DNA from: Dehalococcoidia bacterium
GTDB taxonomy: Bacteria; Chloroflexota; Dehalococcoidia; Lucifugimonadales; Australimonadaceae
Direction of reading: 5' to 3'
Assembly (NCBI GenBank): GCA_965220655.1
Contig: CBDCQO010000012.1
Span: 102,931 to 166,930 of the forward strand
Length of the DNA: 64,000 nucleotides
The notes under the pieces: model-generated
Databases searched by the model: none
What the model was told of the DNA's origin: nothing
The model's input: the letters and a program-made list of their open reading frames with translations, nothing else
Position numbers and translations under genes: made by a program
Shown here: positions 9,447 to 18,412 of the stretch, one piece after another
Layout: every line of letters starts with the position of its first letter
How positions within the stretch are numbered: position 1 is the first letter of the stretch

Positions 9447-10412
9447 ATGCTCTCTCGAAGCGCTCAAGGGATCTATTGGATGGGCCGTTATCTCGAGCGG
9501 ACCGAGTGCATGTGCCGCCTGCTGCAACTCCAGACGGAGGCACTGGTAGACCGTCCTGCGCGCGACATATACGTCGGATGGCGCAGGCTCTACGGCGTGC
9601 TGCGCCGGATACCGCCGGGAGGCGCGCTGGCTCTCCCCGAGGGCGACGATTTCACGCTTGCGGACTCATACACGCTCGCCGGGGACCTGACCTTCGAGCG
9701 TTCGAACCCGGACTCGGTGTGGAACTGCTTCGCCCAGGGCAGGGAGAATGCACGGCAGATGCGCCATTGCATCAGCGGGGAGATGTGGCAGCGTCTCAAC
9801 CTCGCCTACCTGCGCCTTCGCGATATGGAGATAGAGGATATATGGATAGCGCTGCCGGAAGGCTTCTACGCAGGGTTGGCTGCCGAGACCGACGCGTTCG
9901 ACGGCGCTGCCCAGGCGACCATGTACCGTGACGAGGGCTGGAGCTTCCTACGCCTGGGCGGGTTCATCGAGCGGGCGCAGTTCGCGCCTGCCCTGCTCTT
10001 GCAGCAGTTGGCCATAGATGCGGAGAGCGACGGCTATGCGGAGGAAGACTGGGCGAGCCTGCTGGAGGCCTCCCATGCGCTGGAGGTGTACAACCGGCGC
10101 TACGGGGCTGCAGTGCACCCGGCCGCTGCGCTCGACCTGCTGGCAACGGACCCTCTGTTGCCCGGTTCAGTCTACAGGTCGCTCAAACAGATCTCAGGAG
10201 AGTTTGCAACGCTCGGAGCGGGCCCCGGAGCGGACTCCGGGTATGCGGCCCAGCGGCTCATAGGACGGCTGCTCTCACTCATGCAGAACGAGTGGCCGGA
10301 CAGCAGGGACCGTGAGGGTTTGCTGCGCCGGGTCCTGAGCGAGGCAACGAACCTGCACTTCATGATCAACGAGGCCTACTTCGACTATCCGCTCACCGTT
10401 CGTGCCGAGTAG
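9447..10412 (+). CDS. Alpha-E domain protein (partner of the CP ATP-grasp)
   Basis: Begins MLSRSAQGIYWMGRYLERTE, the typical alpha-E N-terminus. A GTG at 9438 that overlaps the upstream stop is an alternative start. Confidence 0.8.
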   Translation: MLSRSAQGIYWMGRYLERTECMCRLLQLQTEALVDRPARDIYVGWRRLYGVLRRIPPGGALALPEGDDFTLADSYTLAGDLTFERSNPDSVWNCFAQGRENARQMRHCISGEMWQRLNLAYLRLRDMEIEDIWIALPEGFYAGLAAETDAFDGAAQATMYRDEGWSFLRLGGFIERAQFAPALLLQQLAIDAESDGYAEEDWASLLEASHALEVYNRRYGAAVHPAAALDLLATDPLLPGSVYRSLKQISGEFATLGAGPGADSGYAAQRLIGRLLSLMQNEWPDSRDREGLLRRVLSEATNLHFMINEAYFDYPLTVRAE

Positions 10413-10462
10413 GGTGCGCGGAGTTCAAGCCTGTCCCTGAGAATCCCGCCAGGAGCGCAACG

Positions 10463-12772
10463 ATGACCGAAGCACTCGCCCGTATCAGTTCCGGCAGGCC
10501 GTGGATCACGATAGGCGTGTGGTTGCTGCTCGTGCTGGTTGCCCTCGGAATCGTTGGTCAACTACTCCCGACCGCCACTACCACTGAACTCCGCATCATC
10601 CCGAGGTTCGGCGAAGTTGGTTCGGTGACAGCCAGTGAACTGCTGGAAGGCAGCCCGATCGAGCCTCCGCCCGCTGAGATCGTCATCGTTCATTCGGGAA
10701 CGTTGACGGTGGACGATAACGCATTCAAAGCGAAGGTCCAGGAGGTCACGGGCAAGCTCCGGGAGTTGGAGCCTGAAGTCATACAGGCCAGCACGAACTA
10801 CTACGAGGTCCTGGACACCACTCCGCTGGACTCCCTTGCCCTGGTCTCAACGGACCGCAGAAGCGCCATCGTGGCGGTCCAGATGACCGGCACGCTCGGT
10901 GAGGCGCTGGAGAACATCGAAGAGGTCATCCACGTCGTGGAGGAGGCGGATGGCAAGGACGGCTTCGACGTGCTCATCGTGGGCGACGTGAGCAGCCGTT
11001 TCGAGCAGGCGGAACTGTCGGCTATGGACCTGGAGCAGGGTGAGCGATTCGGTCTCCCGGTAGCACTCCTCATCCTCCTGGTACTGTTCGGCGCTGTCGT
11101 GGCGGCGCTGATACCCGTCGGACTGGCCATCATTTCGATCCTCGTCACGCTGTCAATCGTGGCGGTTATCGGCAACATCTTCGGCGAGCTGGTCTTCTTC
11201 GTGCTGCTGTGGATCACGATGATCGGCCTTGCGGTAGGGATCGATTACAGCCTCATCGTGGTGTCCCGCTTCAGGGAGGAGCTGGCTCGCGGCGTGAGCG
11301 CGCGGGACGCGGTCATCAAGGCCGGGGCGACGGCAAGCCGCACGGTGTTATTCAGCGGCATGACGGTAGTCATCGCACTGCTCGGCGTGTTCATCGTTCC
11401 GCACACCCTGTTCTTCGCGACCGGCCTGGGCGCGATCCTGGTGGTCATCGTTTCGGTCATGGCGACGCTTACCTTCCTGCCAGCGGTGCTCACTGTGCTG
11501 GGGCCGCGCGTCGATCTGTTGCGGCTTCCGTTCCGCCGGAGCACGGCTGCCACGTCTTCAAGAGAGCAACGTGAGGGTTTCTGGGAGTTCATCACGCGGA
11601 AGACGATGCGCTACCCCGTTATCAGCATCCTCGTGGTCGGCGGGCTGATGGTCTGGGCGTCGGTGAACTACTTCGGCATCAACACCGGCTTCAACAGCGT
11701 CGAGACGTTCCCGGAGGACTCGCACACACGCGAGGCGTTCACGGCGCTGGAAGAAGACTTCCCGCTGGGGTACGGCTCGGCGAACCCAGCCAGGGTGGTT
11801 ATCGAGGGCGATATCAATGACCCGGCGGTTGCGGCTGCGGTGCAGACGTTCAAGCGGTCCGTAGTCGGCGATCCTGCGGTTACCGAAGCGCTGCAGAAGA
11901 TCCAGCAGGCCGTGGAGAGCGATCCGGCTCTCATCGCAGCACTATTGCAAAGCAACCCGGAGATACTCAACGACCCGTCAGCTGCTGCGCTTCCGACGAA
12001 CACGCACGGCAATCTCACCGTGATCGCTATACCGGTGCCCGGCGCTCCCAGCAGTGTGGATGCGTTCGACCTGATAGAGCGGCTGCGGGACGAGTACATC
12101 CCTGCGGCGTTTGCGGGTGTCCCGGCAGAGGCGCACGTGGGCGGCATCTCGGCCGAGTACCTTGACTTCGATACGCAGCTCAGGGCCTACCTCCCCATCA
12201 TATTCGCGTTCATCCTCGGCGTGAGCTTCATCCTGCTCCTGGTGGTCTTCCGCTCCATCGTCATCCCCATCAAGGCGATCATCATGAACCTGCTCTCGGT
12301 CGGCGCCGCCTACGGGTTGATGGTGCTCGTGTTCCAGAAGGGCGTGGGGGCAGACCTGCTCGGGTTCCAGCAGGTCGAGACGATAGAGGCGTGGCTCCCG
12401 CTCATCCTGTTCGCCATCCTCTTCGGGCTGTCCATGGACTACCACGTCTTCATGCTGAGCCGTATCCGCGAGCGCTACGACCAGACGCACGACAACGCCG
12501 AATCAGTGGCGTACGGCCTGCGCTCGACCGCAAGCCTCATCACGGGCGCTGCGCTCATCATGGTGGCCGTGTTCAGCGGCTTCGCCTCGGGTGACATGGT
12601 CGTGAACCAGCAGGCGGGGTTCGGGCTTGCGGTAGCCGTCCTGCTGGACGCGACCCTGGTGAGGAGCATCCTCGTTCCGGCGAGCATGCAGCTGCTCGGC
12701 GCGCGGAACTGGTACCTGCCGGGATTCCTCAACTGGCTGCCCCAGATACAGGTGGAGGCCGAGGAAGACTAG
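10463..12772 (+). CDS. MMPL/RND-superfamily membrane transporter
   Basis: 769 aa with two repeated halves, each a TM bundle plus an extracytoplasmic domain. Motifs GIDYSLIVVSRFREE and GLSMDYHVFMLSRIRE. Confidence 0.88.
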   Translation: MTEALARISSGRPWITIGVWLLLVLVALGIVGQLLPTATTTELRIIPRFGEVGSVTASELLEGSPIEPPPAEIVIVHSGTLTVDDNAFKAKVQEVTGKLRELEPEVIQASTNYYEVLDTTPLDSLALVSTDRRSAIVAVQMTGTLGEALENIEEVIHVVEEADGKDGFDVLIVGDVSSRFEQAELSAMDLEQGERFGLPVALLILLVLFGAVVAALIPVGLAIISILVTLSIVAVIGNIFGELVFFVLLWITMIGLAVGIDYSLIVVSRFREELARGVSARDAVIKAGATASRTVLFSGMTVVIALLGVFIVPHTLFFATGLGAILVVIVSVMATLTFLPAVLTVLGPRVDLLRLPFRRSTAATSSREQREGFWEFITRKTMRYPVISILVVGGLMVWASVNYFGINTGFNSVETFPEDSHTREAFTALEEDFPLGYGSANPARVVIEGDINDPAVAAAVQTFKRSVVGDPAVTEALQKIQQAVESDPALIAALLQSNPEILNDPSAAALPTNTHGNLTVIAIPVPGAPSSVDAFDLIERLRDEYIPAAFAGVPAEAHVGGISAEYLDFDTQLRAYLPIIFAFILGVSFILLLVVFRSIVIPIKAIIMNLLSVGAAYGLMVLVFQKGVGADLLGFQQVETIEAWLPLILFAILFGLSMDYHVFMLSRIRERYDQTHDNAESVAYGLRSTASLITGAALIMVAVFSGFASGDMVVNQQAGFGLAVAVLLDATLVRSILVPASMQLLGARNWYLPGFLNWLPQIQVEAEED

Positions 12773-12791
12773 CCGAGGAACCGGCGCGCTC

Positions 12792-14261
12792 CTATCCGAG
12801 AAAGCGACGGATAAGGGCGGCCTCTTCGATGAAGTGCCGCGTCCGGGAGGTGCGGTTCCGCACGAGCCCTGCCCAGACCGCCGTGGTCAGCCCTTCGTGG
12901 ACGCGGTCGATCTCCTGGGTGAAGCGTACGAACAGCCGCCGGTAGTCGTCGCCGAGGAGTTGCGTGATGCGCGTCTCGTTCGAGAAGCGGAGGGCGGCGC
13001 TGAGGTCTTCCTGGAGGCTGGGGTAGACCTCGCGCAGGTAGGCGAAGTCGTCCTCGTTGAGCGCGGCGAGCCCGAGCAAGTCCGGGGGCACGCCGATGGA
13101 GTAGAGCGTGGCCGCGAATGCGATGGCGCGCGGAAGGGCCACGTCCTCCGCGCCCGGAAGCGTGCGCCCGTAGCCGAAGAGACCGACGTGCAGTTTGCGC
13201 TCCCGCCTGCGCGGTATGTGAGCGGATACGGAGGCGATGGTGGGGGCGAGCTTACGCACCTGTTCCTGGTAGGCCGCTGCTGCCCTGTCGATGATGTCGT
13301 TGACGCGTGCCTCGTCAACCGGCGGAGCGGGTTGGCGCTCGTACGCGTGGAGCTGCGCGATGGCGTCGACCACCTGCTCGCGGGGGTAGTCGAACTTGAA
13401 CGCAGACTGCACCGTGAGCGTCTGTACGCTGGGGTATTCACGGAAGATGCGGTCCACGTTCACGGGGGAGAGGTGCCCCCGGAAGGGCGCCGAGCCTGCA
13501 CCGATGATGGGATAGAGAGGGATGCCCAGTTCGCCCTCAAGGCGGTCCAGCCGGGCGAGGGCGGCCTTGAGCATCAGTTCGGCGCCGACGATGCCGTTGT
13601 TCAGCGCAGGGTCGCTCCGGGCGAGGAAGACACGCTGGTACTCGACCTCCCACCCCTGCAGATATTCCCGGACGATGTCGTCCACCGTCATCATCTGCTC
13701 TCGCTCTTCGAAGAGCGGGATGACGCGGATGTGCTTGGGGTAGAAGTCGCCTATCCAGTCGCTGACGGTGCTTCCGTCCGGCAGATGCCTGCTCTCCTGC
13801 CCAGCGATGAACTGGGCGTAGTAGTCCCGCACCTTCACTATCTGCGCGGCGTTGGTGGTGAAGGGAAGGATGACTTCCTGGATGGGGGGTTCGAGGTCGC
13901 CCTCGTAGAACTCGTTCGCGACGTCGTAGGCGATGGGGATGCCCTGGAGCGCTTCGACGAGGAGCTTGCGCATCTCCAGTTCGATGGAGGGATTCGGGAC
14001 GCGGAGGGTGATGAGGGCGTCGCGCCCCAGTTTCATCTCTTCAGAGAAGTAGCCGGGATAGTGACTGAGCAGTTTCTGGATGACGTGCGTGTCGGTGTCC
14101 TTGCCCTCGGAGTCCCACATCTGCTCGTCGCATCCGAGCGCCAGTACATCGGCGGCTTCGATGATCTCGCCGTCGCCCTTGATAACGCCGTCGATGGCGT
14201 AGGCGGGGGCCTCCGCGTTGTCCGGGTGCTGGGTGCTCATCACTCGCGGGATCAGGGGCAC
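12792..14261 (-). CDS. ppcA: Archaeal-type phosphoenolpyruvate carboxylase
   Basis: N-terminal IPRVMSTQHPDN signature. The ~490 aa size is typical of PepcA-type enzymes rather than ~900-aa bacterial Ppc. Confidence 0.85.
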   Translation of the reverse strand: MPLIPRVMSTQHPDNAEAPAYAIDGVIKGDGEIIEAADVLALGCDEQMWDSEGKDTDTHVIQKLLSHYPGYFSEEMKLGRDALITLRVPNPSIELEMRKLLVEALQGIPIAYDVANEFYEGDLEPPIQEVILPFTTNAAQIVKVRDYYAQFIAGQESRHLPDGSTVSDWIGDFYPKHIRVIPLFEEREQMMTVDDIVREYLQGWEVEYQRVFLARSDPALNNGIVGAELMLKAALARLDRLEGELGIPLYPIIGAGSAPFRGHLSPVNVDRIFREYPSVQTLTVQSAFKFDYPREQVVDAIAQLHAYERQPAPPVDEARVNDIIDRAAAAYQEQVRKLAPTIASVSAHIPRRRERKLHVGLFGYGRTLPGAEDVALPRAIAFAATLYSIGVPPDLLGLAALNEDDFAYLREVYPSLQEDLSAALRFSNETRITQLLGDDYRRLFVRFTQEIDRVHEGLTTAVWAGLVRNRTSRTRHFIEEAALIRRFLG

Positions 14262-14336
14262 GGCATGAACCTCCTTCGTGTCGGGGGCATGATACTCGCA
14301 TGGACATTCCAGCGGGCAGCATGGGGTTATGTTTCG

Positions 14337-15233
14337 TTACAGGGTGCGTTGGATAAAGCCGGCCTTCCGGCGCCATCGCGTGTTCACCTTCACCCATAGT
14401 TCGAGAAAGGCGGGACGCCCCGTGAGCGCTTCGATCTCAGGACGCGCAAGGACACCGACCTCCTTGAGCGCCCCTCCTCCCTTGCCGATGAGGAGCCGCT
14501 TCTGGGAGGGCGTGTCAACGTAGACCACTGCCCGGATGTAGTCAGGCGATTCTCGCTCGCGCTCCTCGAATGTAACGACTTCCACGGCTGTGTCGTACGG
14601 GACCTCGTGGGCGTAGTGTTCGAAGATCTTCTCGCGGACGAGTTCACCCACGAGGAAACGTGTCGTGCGGTCGGTGAGCATCTCCGGCGGGAAGAGGGCG
14701 TCCTGCTCCGGCAGATGCGCACCTATCGCTTCTGCGAGAGGGGCCAGCCCGTCGCGTCCGAGAGCGCTCACGGGCACGATCTCGGCGAATGGGTGGGTTT
14801 CGGAGTAGCGCGCCATGACCGGGAGCAGCTTCTGCTTGGCGATGGTGTCGGTCTTCGTGAGCACGAGCAGCGCGGGCACATCCACGGAGGCGATCTGATC
14901 GATGAGCGCCTGCTCGACATCGCCGGGATAGCGTGGTTCGGCGGCGAGAACGATGGCATGGGCGTCGCCGAGCGCGCCGGAGAGCTGGCGGGCCATCGCA
15001 GCGTCGAGCTGGTCGCGGCCTTTCCGAAGGAACCCCGGCGTATCGATGAGGGCGGCCTGGAAGTCCTCGCCGTTCAGGATGCCGAGCAGCCTGTGACGGG
15101 TCGTGTGGGGCTTCGCGCTCACGATGGACAGTTTCTGCCCGAGCAGGGCGTTCAGCAGCGTGGACTTGCCCACGTTCGCCCTCCCGACGATGGCCACGAG
15201 CCCGCTGCGAAAGTTGGTAATTCGGCTGCTCAC
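14337..15233 (-). CDS. era: GTPase Era
   Basis: G1 GRANVGKST, G3 DTPG, G4 TKTD, and a C-terminal KH-like region. 298 aa. Confidence 0.93.
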   Translation of the reverse strand: MSSRITNFRSGLVAIVGRANVGKSTLLNALLGQKLSIVSAKPHTTRHRLLGILNGEDFQAALIDTPGFLRKGRDQLDAAMARQLSGALGDAHAIVLAAEPRYPGDVEQALIDQIASVDVPALLVLTKTDTIAKQKLLPVMARYSETHPFAEIVPVSALGRDGLAPLAEAIGAHLPEQDALFPPEMLTDRTTRFLVGELVREKIFEHYAHEVPYDTAVEVVTFEERERESPDYIRAVVYVDTPSQKRLLIGKGGGALKEVGVLARPEIEALTGRPAFLELWVKVNTRWRRKAGFIQRTL

Positions 15234-15322
15234 ACTTCAAGCATACTCGCTCGGAGAAGTCGGTGACTCTGGGGTCTCCCGCTGTGTATAGTGACTGTGC
15301 CGCGGTTTATTCGCGGGCGACG

Positions 15323-16594
15323 ATGCGTATCTTCCACACTCGTTTCCCAAGCCCCTTTGTCATCGCAGTCCTGCTGCTGTTCATGCTGGCTGCGTGTGGC
15401 GAGCCGTCGCCCGGAGTCGTACAGTTCGAAGCGCGTGCGACTCCTGAAGGGCCGACCACTCCGACACCGACCCCCACGCCTGCGCCTTCTCCGACGCCCA
15501 CGCCAACGCCGGAGCCAACGGCAACCCCCGCGCCGGAACCGACCGACACGCCTACCCCGACACCGACGCATACCCCGATGCCGGAAGAGCCGGGGATACT
15601 GACGCCACAGCCGGACGTCTCCATCGTCATGCAGCCGGAGACCGTCATCAGCGCCGGTGACCGCCATACGTGTGCGCTCCCGCCCGGTGGGACGCCCGTC
15701 TGCTGGGGCAGCGACAGCCTGGGGCAGGCGATGCCGATCGCCTTCCTCCCGCTCAGGACGATAAGCAGCGGGAACAACCACTCATGTGGACTTACCCTGG
15801 AGGGAGCGGCCATCTGCTGGGGCGGCGATGCCTTTGGCCAGATCAACGCTCCCACCAATCAGATGTTCCTGGCGCTCAGCAGCGGCGACGATTTCACATG
15901 CGCGCTCACTTTCGACGGCACCCCGGTCTGCTGGGGCGGTCAGGGGATCACGCCTCCCGATGGGGAGAAGTTCACCCAGATCAGCAGTGGAGGACGCCAT
16001 GCGTGCGGACTCCGCCTGGATGGCAGTGCGGTCTGTTGGGGAGACGATGCGGACGGCAAGTTGAGTCCTCCGGCTGGAGCGTACTTCGCCATCGCGAGCG
16101 GCGGAGACCACACGTGCGCGCTCACCGCGCAGGGCACTCCGGTCTGCTGGGGCAGCGACAGTTCCGGCCAGCGGACGAACGCACCGGTCGACGCCGCGTT
16201 CCTGTCCATCAGCAGTGGAGGCTCGCATTCGTGCGGCCTGCGCGGGGATGGGACTGCGCAATGCTGGGGCGACTGGGGCGGCGCCGAGGTCCCGACCGAT
16301 GCGTTCTTCCAGATCAGCTGCGGGCGCAATTACTCCTGCGGTACGGTGAATGGAGTCCAGGAGTGCGCCGGTGAAGTGCACACGTGCGGAGTGACCTTCG
16401 AGGGCACCGCCGTCTGCTGGGGAGATAACAGCGCTGGACAGTCCACCCCGCCCGCGAGCCTCACGGGTTCGGGGCAGTCCGGGGACGGGACGGATGCGGA
16501 AGCCACGGTGGAGCCTACCGAGGGATTGGTGGTGGACGGGGAGGTGATACCGCTGCCGCCCCCGATACCGGGCGTACCGCAACCCACCTCCTAG
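15323..16594 (+). CDS. RCC1-repeat (beta-propeller) lipoprotein with a long Pro/Thr linker
   Basis: The ATG at 15323 gives signal/lipobox VIAVLLLFMLAAC. A ~50-aa PT-rich linker follows, then about seven ~36-aa repeats of the form SxGxxHxCxLxxxGxxxCWG. Confidence 0.8.
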   Translation: MRIFHTRFPSPFVIAVLLLFMLAACGEPSPGVVQFEARATPEGPTTPTPTPTPAPSPTPTPTPEPTATPAPEPTDTPTPTPTHTPMPEEPGILTPQPDVSIVMQPETVISAGDRHTCALPPGGTPVCWGSDSLGQAMPIAFLPLRTISSGNNHSCGLTLEGAAICWGGDAFGQINAPTNQMFLALSSGDDFTCALTFDGTPVCWGGQGITPPDGEKFTQISSGGRHACGLRLDGSAVCWGDDADGKLSPPAGAYFAIASGGDHTCALTAQGTPVCWGSDSSGQRTNAPVDAAFLSISSGGSHSCGLRGDGTAQCWGDWGGAEVPTDAFFQISCGRNYSCGTVNGVQECAGEVHTCGVTFEGTAVCWGDNSAGQSTPPASLTGSGQSGDGTDAEATVEPTEGLVVDGEVIPLPPPIPGVPQPTS

Positions 16595-16607
16595 TCCGCG
16601 TTTCCCT

Positions 16608-17738
16608 CTACTCGCCTCGTAGGCGGGGGATGAACTCCGCCATCTGTGATTCCGCGCCGGACTTCGCGAGCGTTTCGAGGAAGATGTCGTGGATGATGGG
16701 GTCTTCATCCTCGTACTCGATCTGCCCGCCGCCCTGCTTCACGTCCACGTCGGTCTCGCCCTCCATCGCCACGCCGAGTGAGAAGTAGTACTTCTGGCTT
16801 CCCCAGCGGAAGGCGAGGTAGCGCGCGGGAGTCGCGCCGCCGTTGAAGTGCTGGTGGAACCAGCCGTTCGGAGGCACGACGAGCGAGCCGGGCTTCCAGT
16901 CGACGCGTTCCATGCCGTCGTGGGGGCTGCCGTGGGACGGCCAGAGCAGCGAGTAGCCCTCGCCCTTGATGATGATGACATGTGCGCCCGGACCGTGCCG
17001 GTGCGCCTTCTTGTAGGTGCCGACGGGGAACTGCGAGACGTGGGCGGTCTGAGTCTGGTCGGCGAGCTCGAACTTGATGTGCGCTCCCCCTGCTCCCCGC
17101 TCCTTCCAGGAGAACGTCGTGAATGTCTCGATGTCGGGCACGAAGTTGGTCTCCCAGGCGTTGGTGCGCCCGGTCGTGGCCGTCCACATCCTGCCCTCGC
17201 CCTGGAACTGCTTCGGGTTGCCGATGCGGTCTTCGAAGACGTAGGGGTTGTTGAAGACGAAGCCCTCGTTGTGGAAGAGGTTCATGGTGATGGGGGCAGT
17301 GGTGACCGCGACGAAGCGGGCAGGCTCCGAGCCGCTGCCGTTCATGTGCTGGTGCCAGACGTTGATGGGGATGGAGAAGACGCTGCCGCGCTTCCACTCG
17401 AAGCTGACTCGGCTGTTGGGGTCGTCGCCGACGAGGGTCGCGCCGCGCCCTTCGAGGACGTAGATGTTCTTCTCGAAGATGTGCTTCTCCGGGGCCATCC
17501 TGCCGCCCGGCGGTATTTCAGCGACGTAGGCGCCGTTGGTGTCGCCCGCGCCGTCGAGGTTGATGTACGTGCCGAGGCAGTTCAGGCGTGCCCACGGCTT
17601 GACCTCGACGGTGCGCAGGTCGTCCACCGCGAAGCCGGTGATGACGGGTATGCCCTCCTTCTCCTGGAAGGCGCGATAGGCGTTGTACTTGACGATGCGT
17701 TCCTGGTCCGGGCGTATCTCTGGCGTGGATGTTGTCAT
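16608..17738 (-). CDS. Bicupin protein (two cupin barrels), function unknown
   Basis: The ATG at 17738 is preceded by GGAGGAGCC. Cupin motifs are YVLEGRG/VWHQHMN and HRHGPGAHVIIIKGEGY/GWFHQHFN. The longer six-frame ORF runs through the tRNA and is not used. Confidence 0.75.
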   Translation of the reverse strand: MTTSTPEIRPDQERIVKYNAYRAFQEKEGIPVITGFAVDDLRTVEVKPWARLNCLGTYINLDGAGDTNGAYVAEIPPGGRMAPEKHIFEKNIYVLEGRGATLVGDDPNSRVSFEWKRGSVFSIPINVWHQHMNGSGSEPARFVAVTTAPITMNLFHNEGFVFNNPYVFEDRIGNPKQFQGEGRMWTATTGRTNAWETNFVPDIETFTTFSWKERGAGGAHIKFELADQTQTAHVSQFPVGTYKKAHRHGPGAHVIIIKGEGYSLLWPSHGSPHDGMERVDWKPGSLVVPPNGWFHQHFNGGATPARYLAFRWGSQKYYFSLGVAMEGETDVDVKQGGGQIEYEDEDPIIHDIFLETLAKSGAESQMAEFIPRLRGE

Positions 17739-17797
17739 GGGGGCTCCTCCTGTGGGGACGAGGCTGGCTGGAGTATGGGAAGTGATGGGAGAATGGT

Positions 17798-17872
17798 TGG
17801 AGCGGGCGATGGGATTCGAACCCACGGCCCTCTGCTTGGGAAGCAGATGCTCTACCCCTGAGCTACGCCCGC
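17798..17872 (-). tRNA. tRNA-Gly (anticodon CCC), CCA encoded
   Basis: Minus-strand read: GCGGGCGTAGCTCAGGGGTAGAGCATCTGCTTCCCAAGCAGAGGGCCGTGGGTTCGAATCCCATCGCCCGCTCCA. It folds as a cloverleaf with anticodon loop TTCCCAA. Confidence 0.92.
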
Positions 17873-17914
17873 GCTGTGTGAGATTGTAGCGCGGTTCCGG
17901 CGAGTTGGCACGCG

Positions 17915-18412
17915 CTACCGCGCGAGGCGCGACCAGGCGACCGCCATCGCGACGCCGATCGCTGCGAGGCGGAACAGTCCGCCGATAGAGAGGTCGCCAA
18001 GCGCTCCGACCAGGAAGGGAAGCGTAGCCAGCGCCACACTGGCCAGCCCCATCCACTGGTAGGTGCGGCCTCTGCGGCGGTTGACCGCGACGCTGATGGC
18101 CTCGCCCAGGACGTACCCGAGCCCCAGCATGATGAAGAAGGTGAAGAACCCCCCGAAGGGGATGAGCCGGAACAGGACCTGCAAGGCGATGAACCCGGCG
18201 ACTCCCGCTCCGAGAGCTGACAGGACGCCTCTGGTCACGTAGCTCACAGAGACGGCGTGGGTCGGCAGCCCCACCGGCGCGCCGCACTCCTTGCAGCGTA
18301 TGCCGACCGGGTGCTGGCGCATGCACTCGGTGCAGATGGGCTTCTCGCAGTTGCCGCACCGCAAGCCCGTTTCACGGCTGGGGTGCCAGTGGCACGTGGG
18401 CAGTTGCGTCAT
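17915..18412 (-). CDS. B-box-type zinc-finger membrane protein
   Basis: N-terminus CHWHPSRETGLRCGNCEKPICTECMRQHPVGIRCKECG, followed by about four hydrophobic helices. The ATG at 18412 overlaps the plsY stop (ATGA). Confidence 0.65.
   Translation of the reverse strand: MTQLPTCHWHPSRETGLRCGNCEKPICTECMRQHPVGIRCKECGAPVGLPTHAVSVSYVTRGVLSALGAGVAGFIALQVLFRLIPFGGFFTFFIMLGLGYVLGEAISVAVNRRRGRTYQWMGLASVALATLPFLVGALGDLSIGGLFRLAAIGVAMAVAWSRLAR

Noticed and set aside
15440-15590. Short-period DNA repeats (ACNCCN-type) that look like a repeat array. A similar stretch occurs at 58920-59010.
   Set aside because: They encode the Pro/Thr linkers of the RCC1 lipoprotein and BtuF in frame. There is no repeat-spacer periodicity, so they are not CRISPR or another array.
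16608-18359. A 583-aa ORF spanning the bicupin gene, tRNA-Gly and part of the next gene.
   Set aside because: The upstream 207 codons translate the tRNA (the ...SSGVEHLLPKQRAVGSNPIARS peptide) and antisense sequence. The real start is the SD-preceded ATG at 17738.
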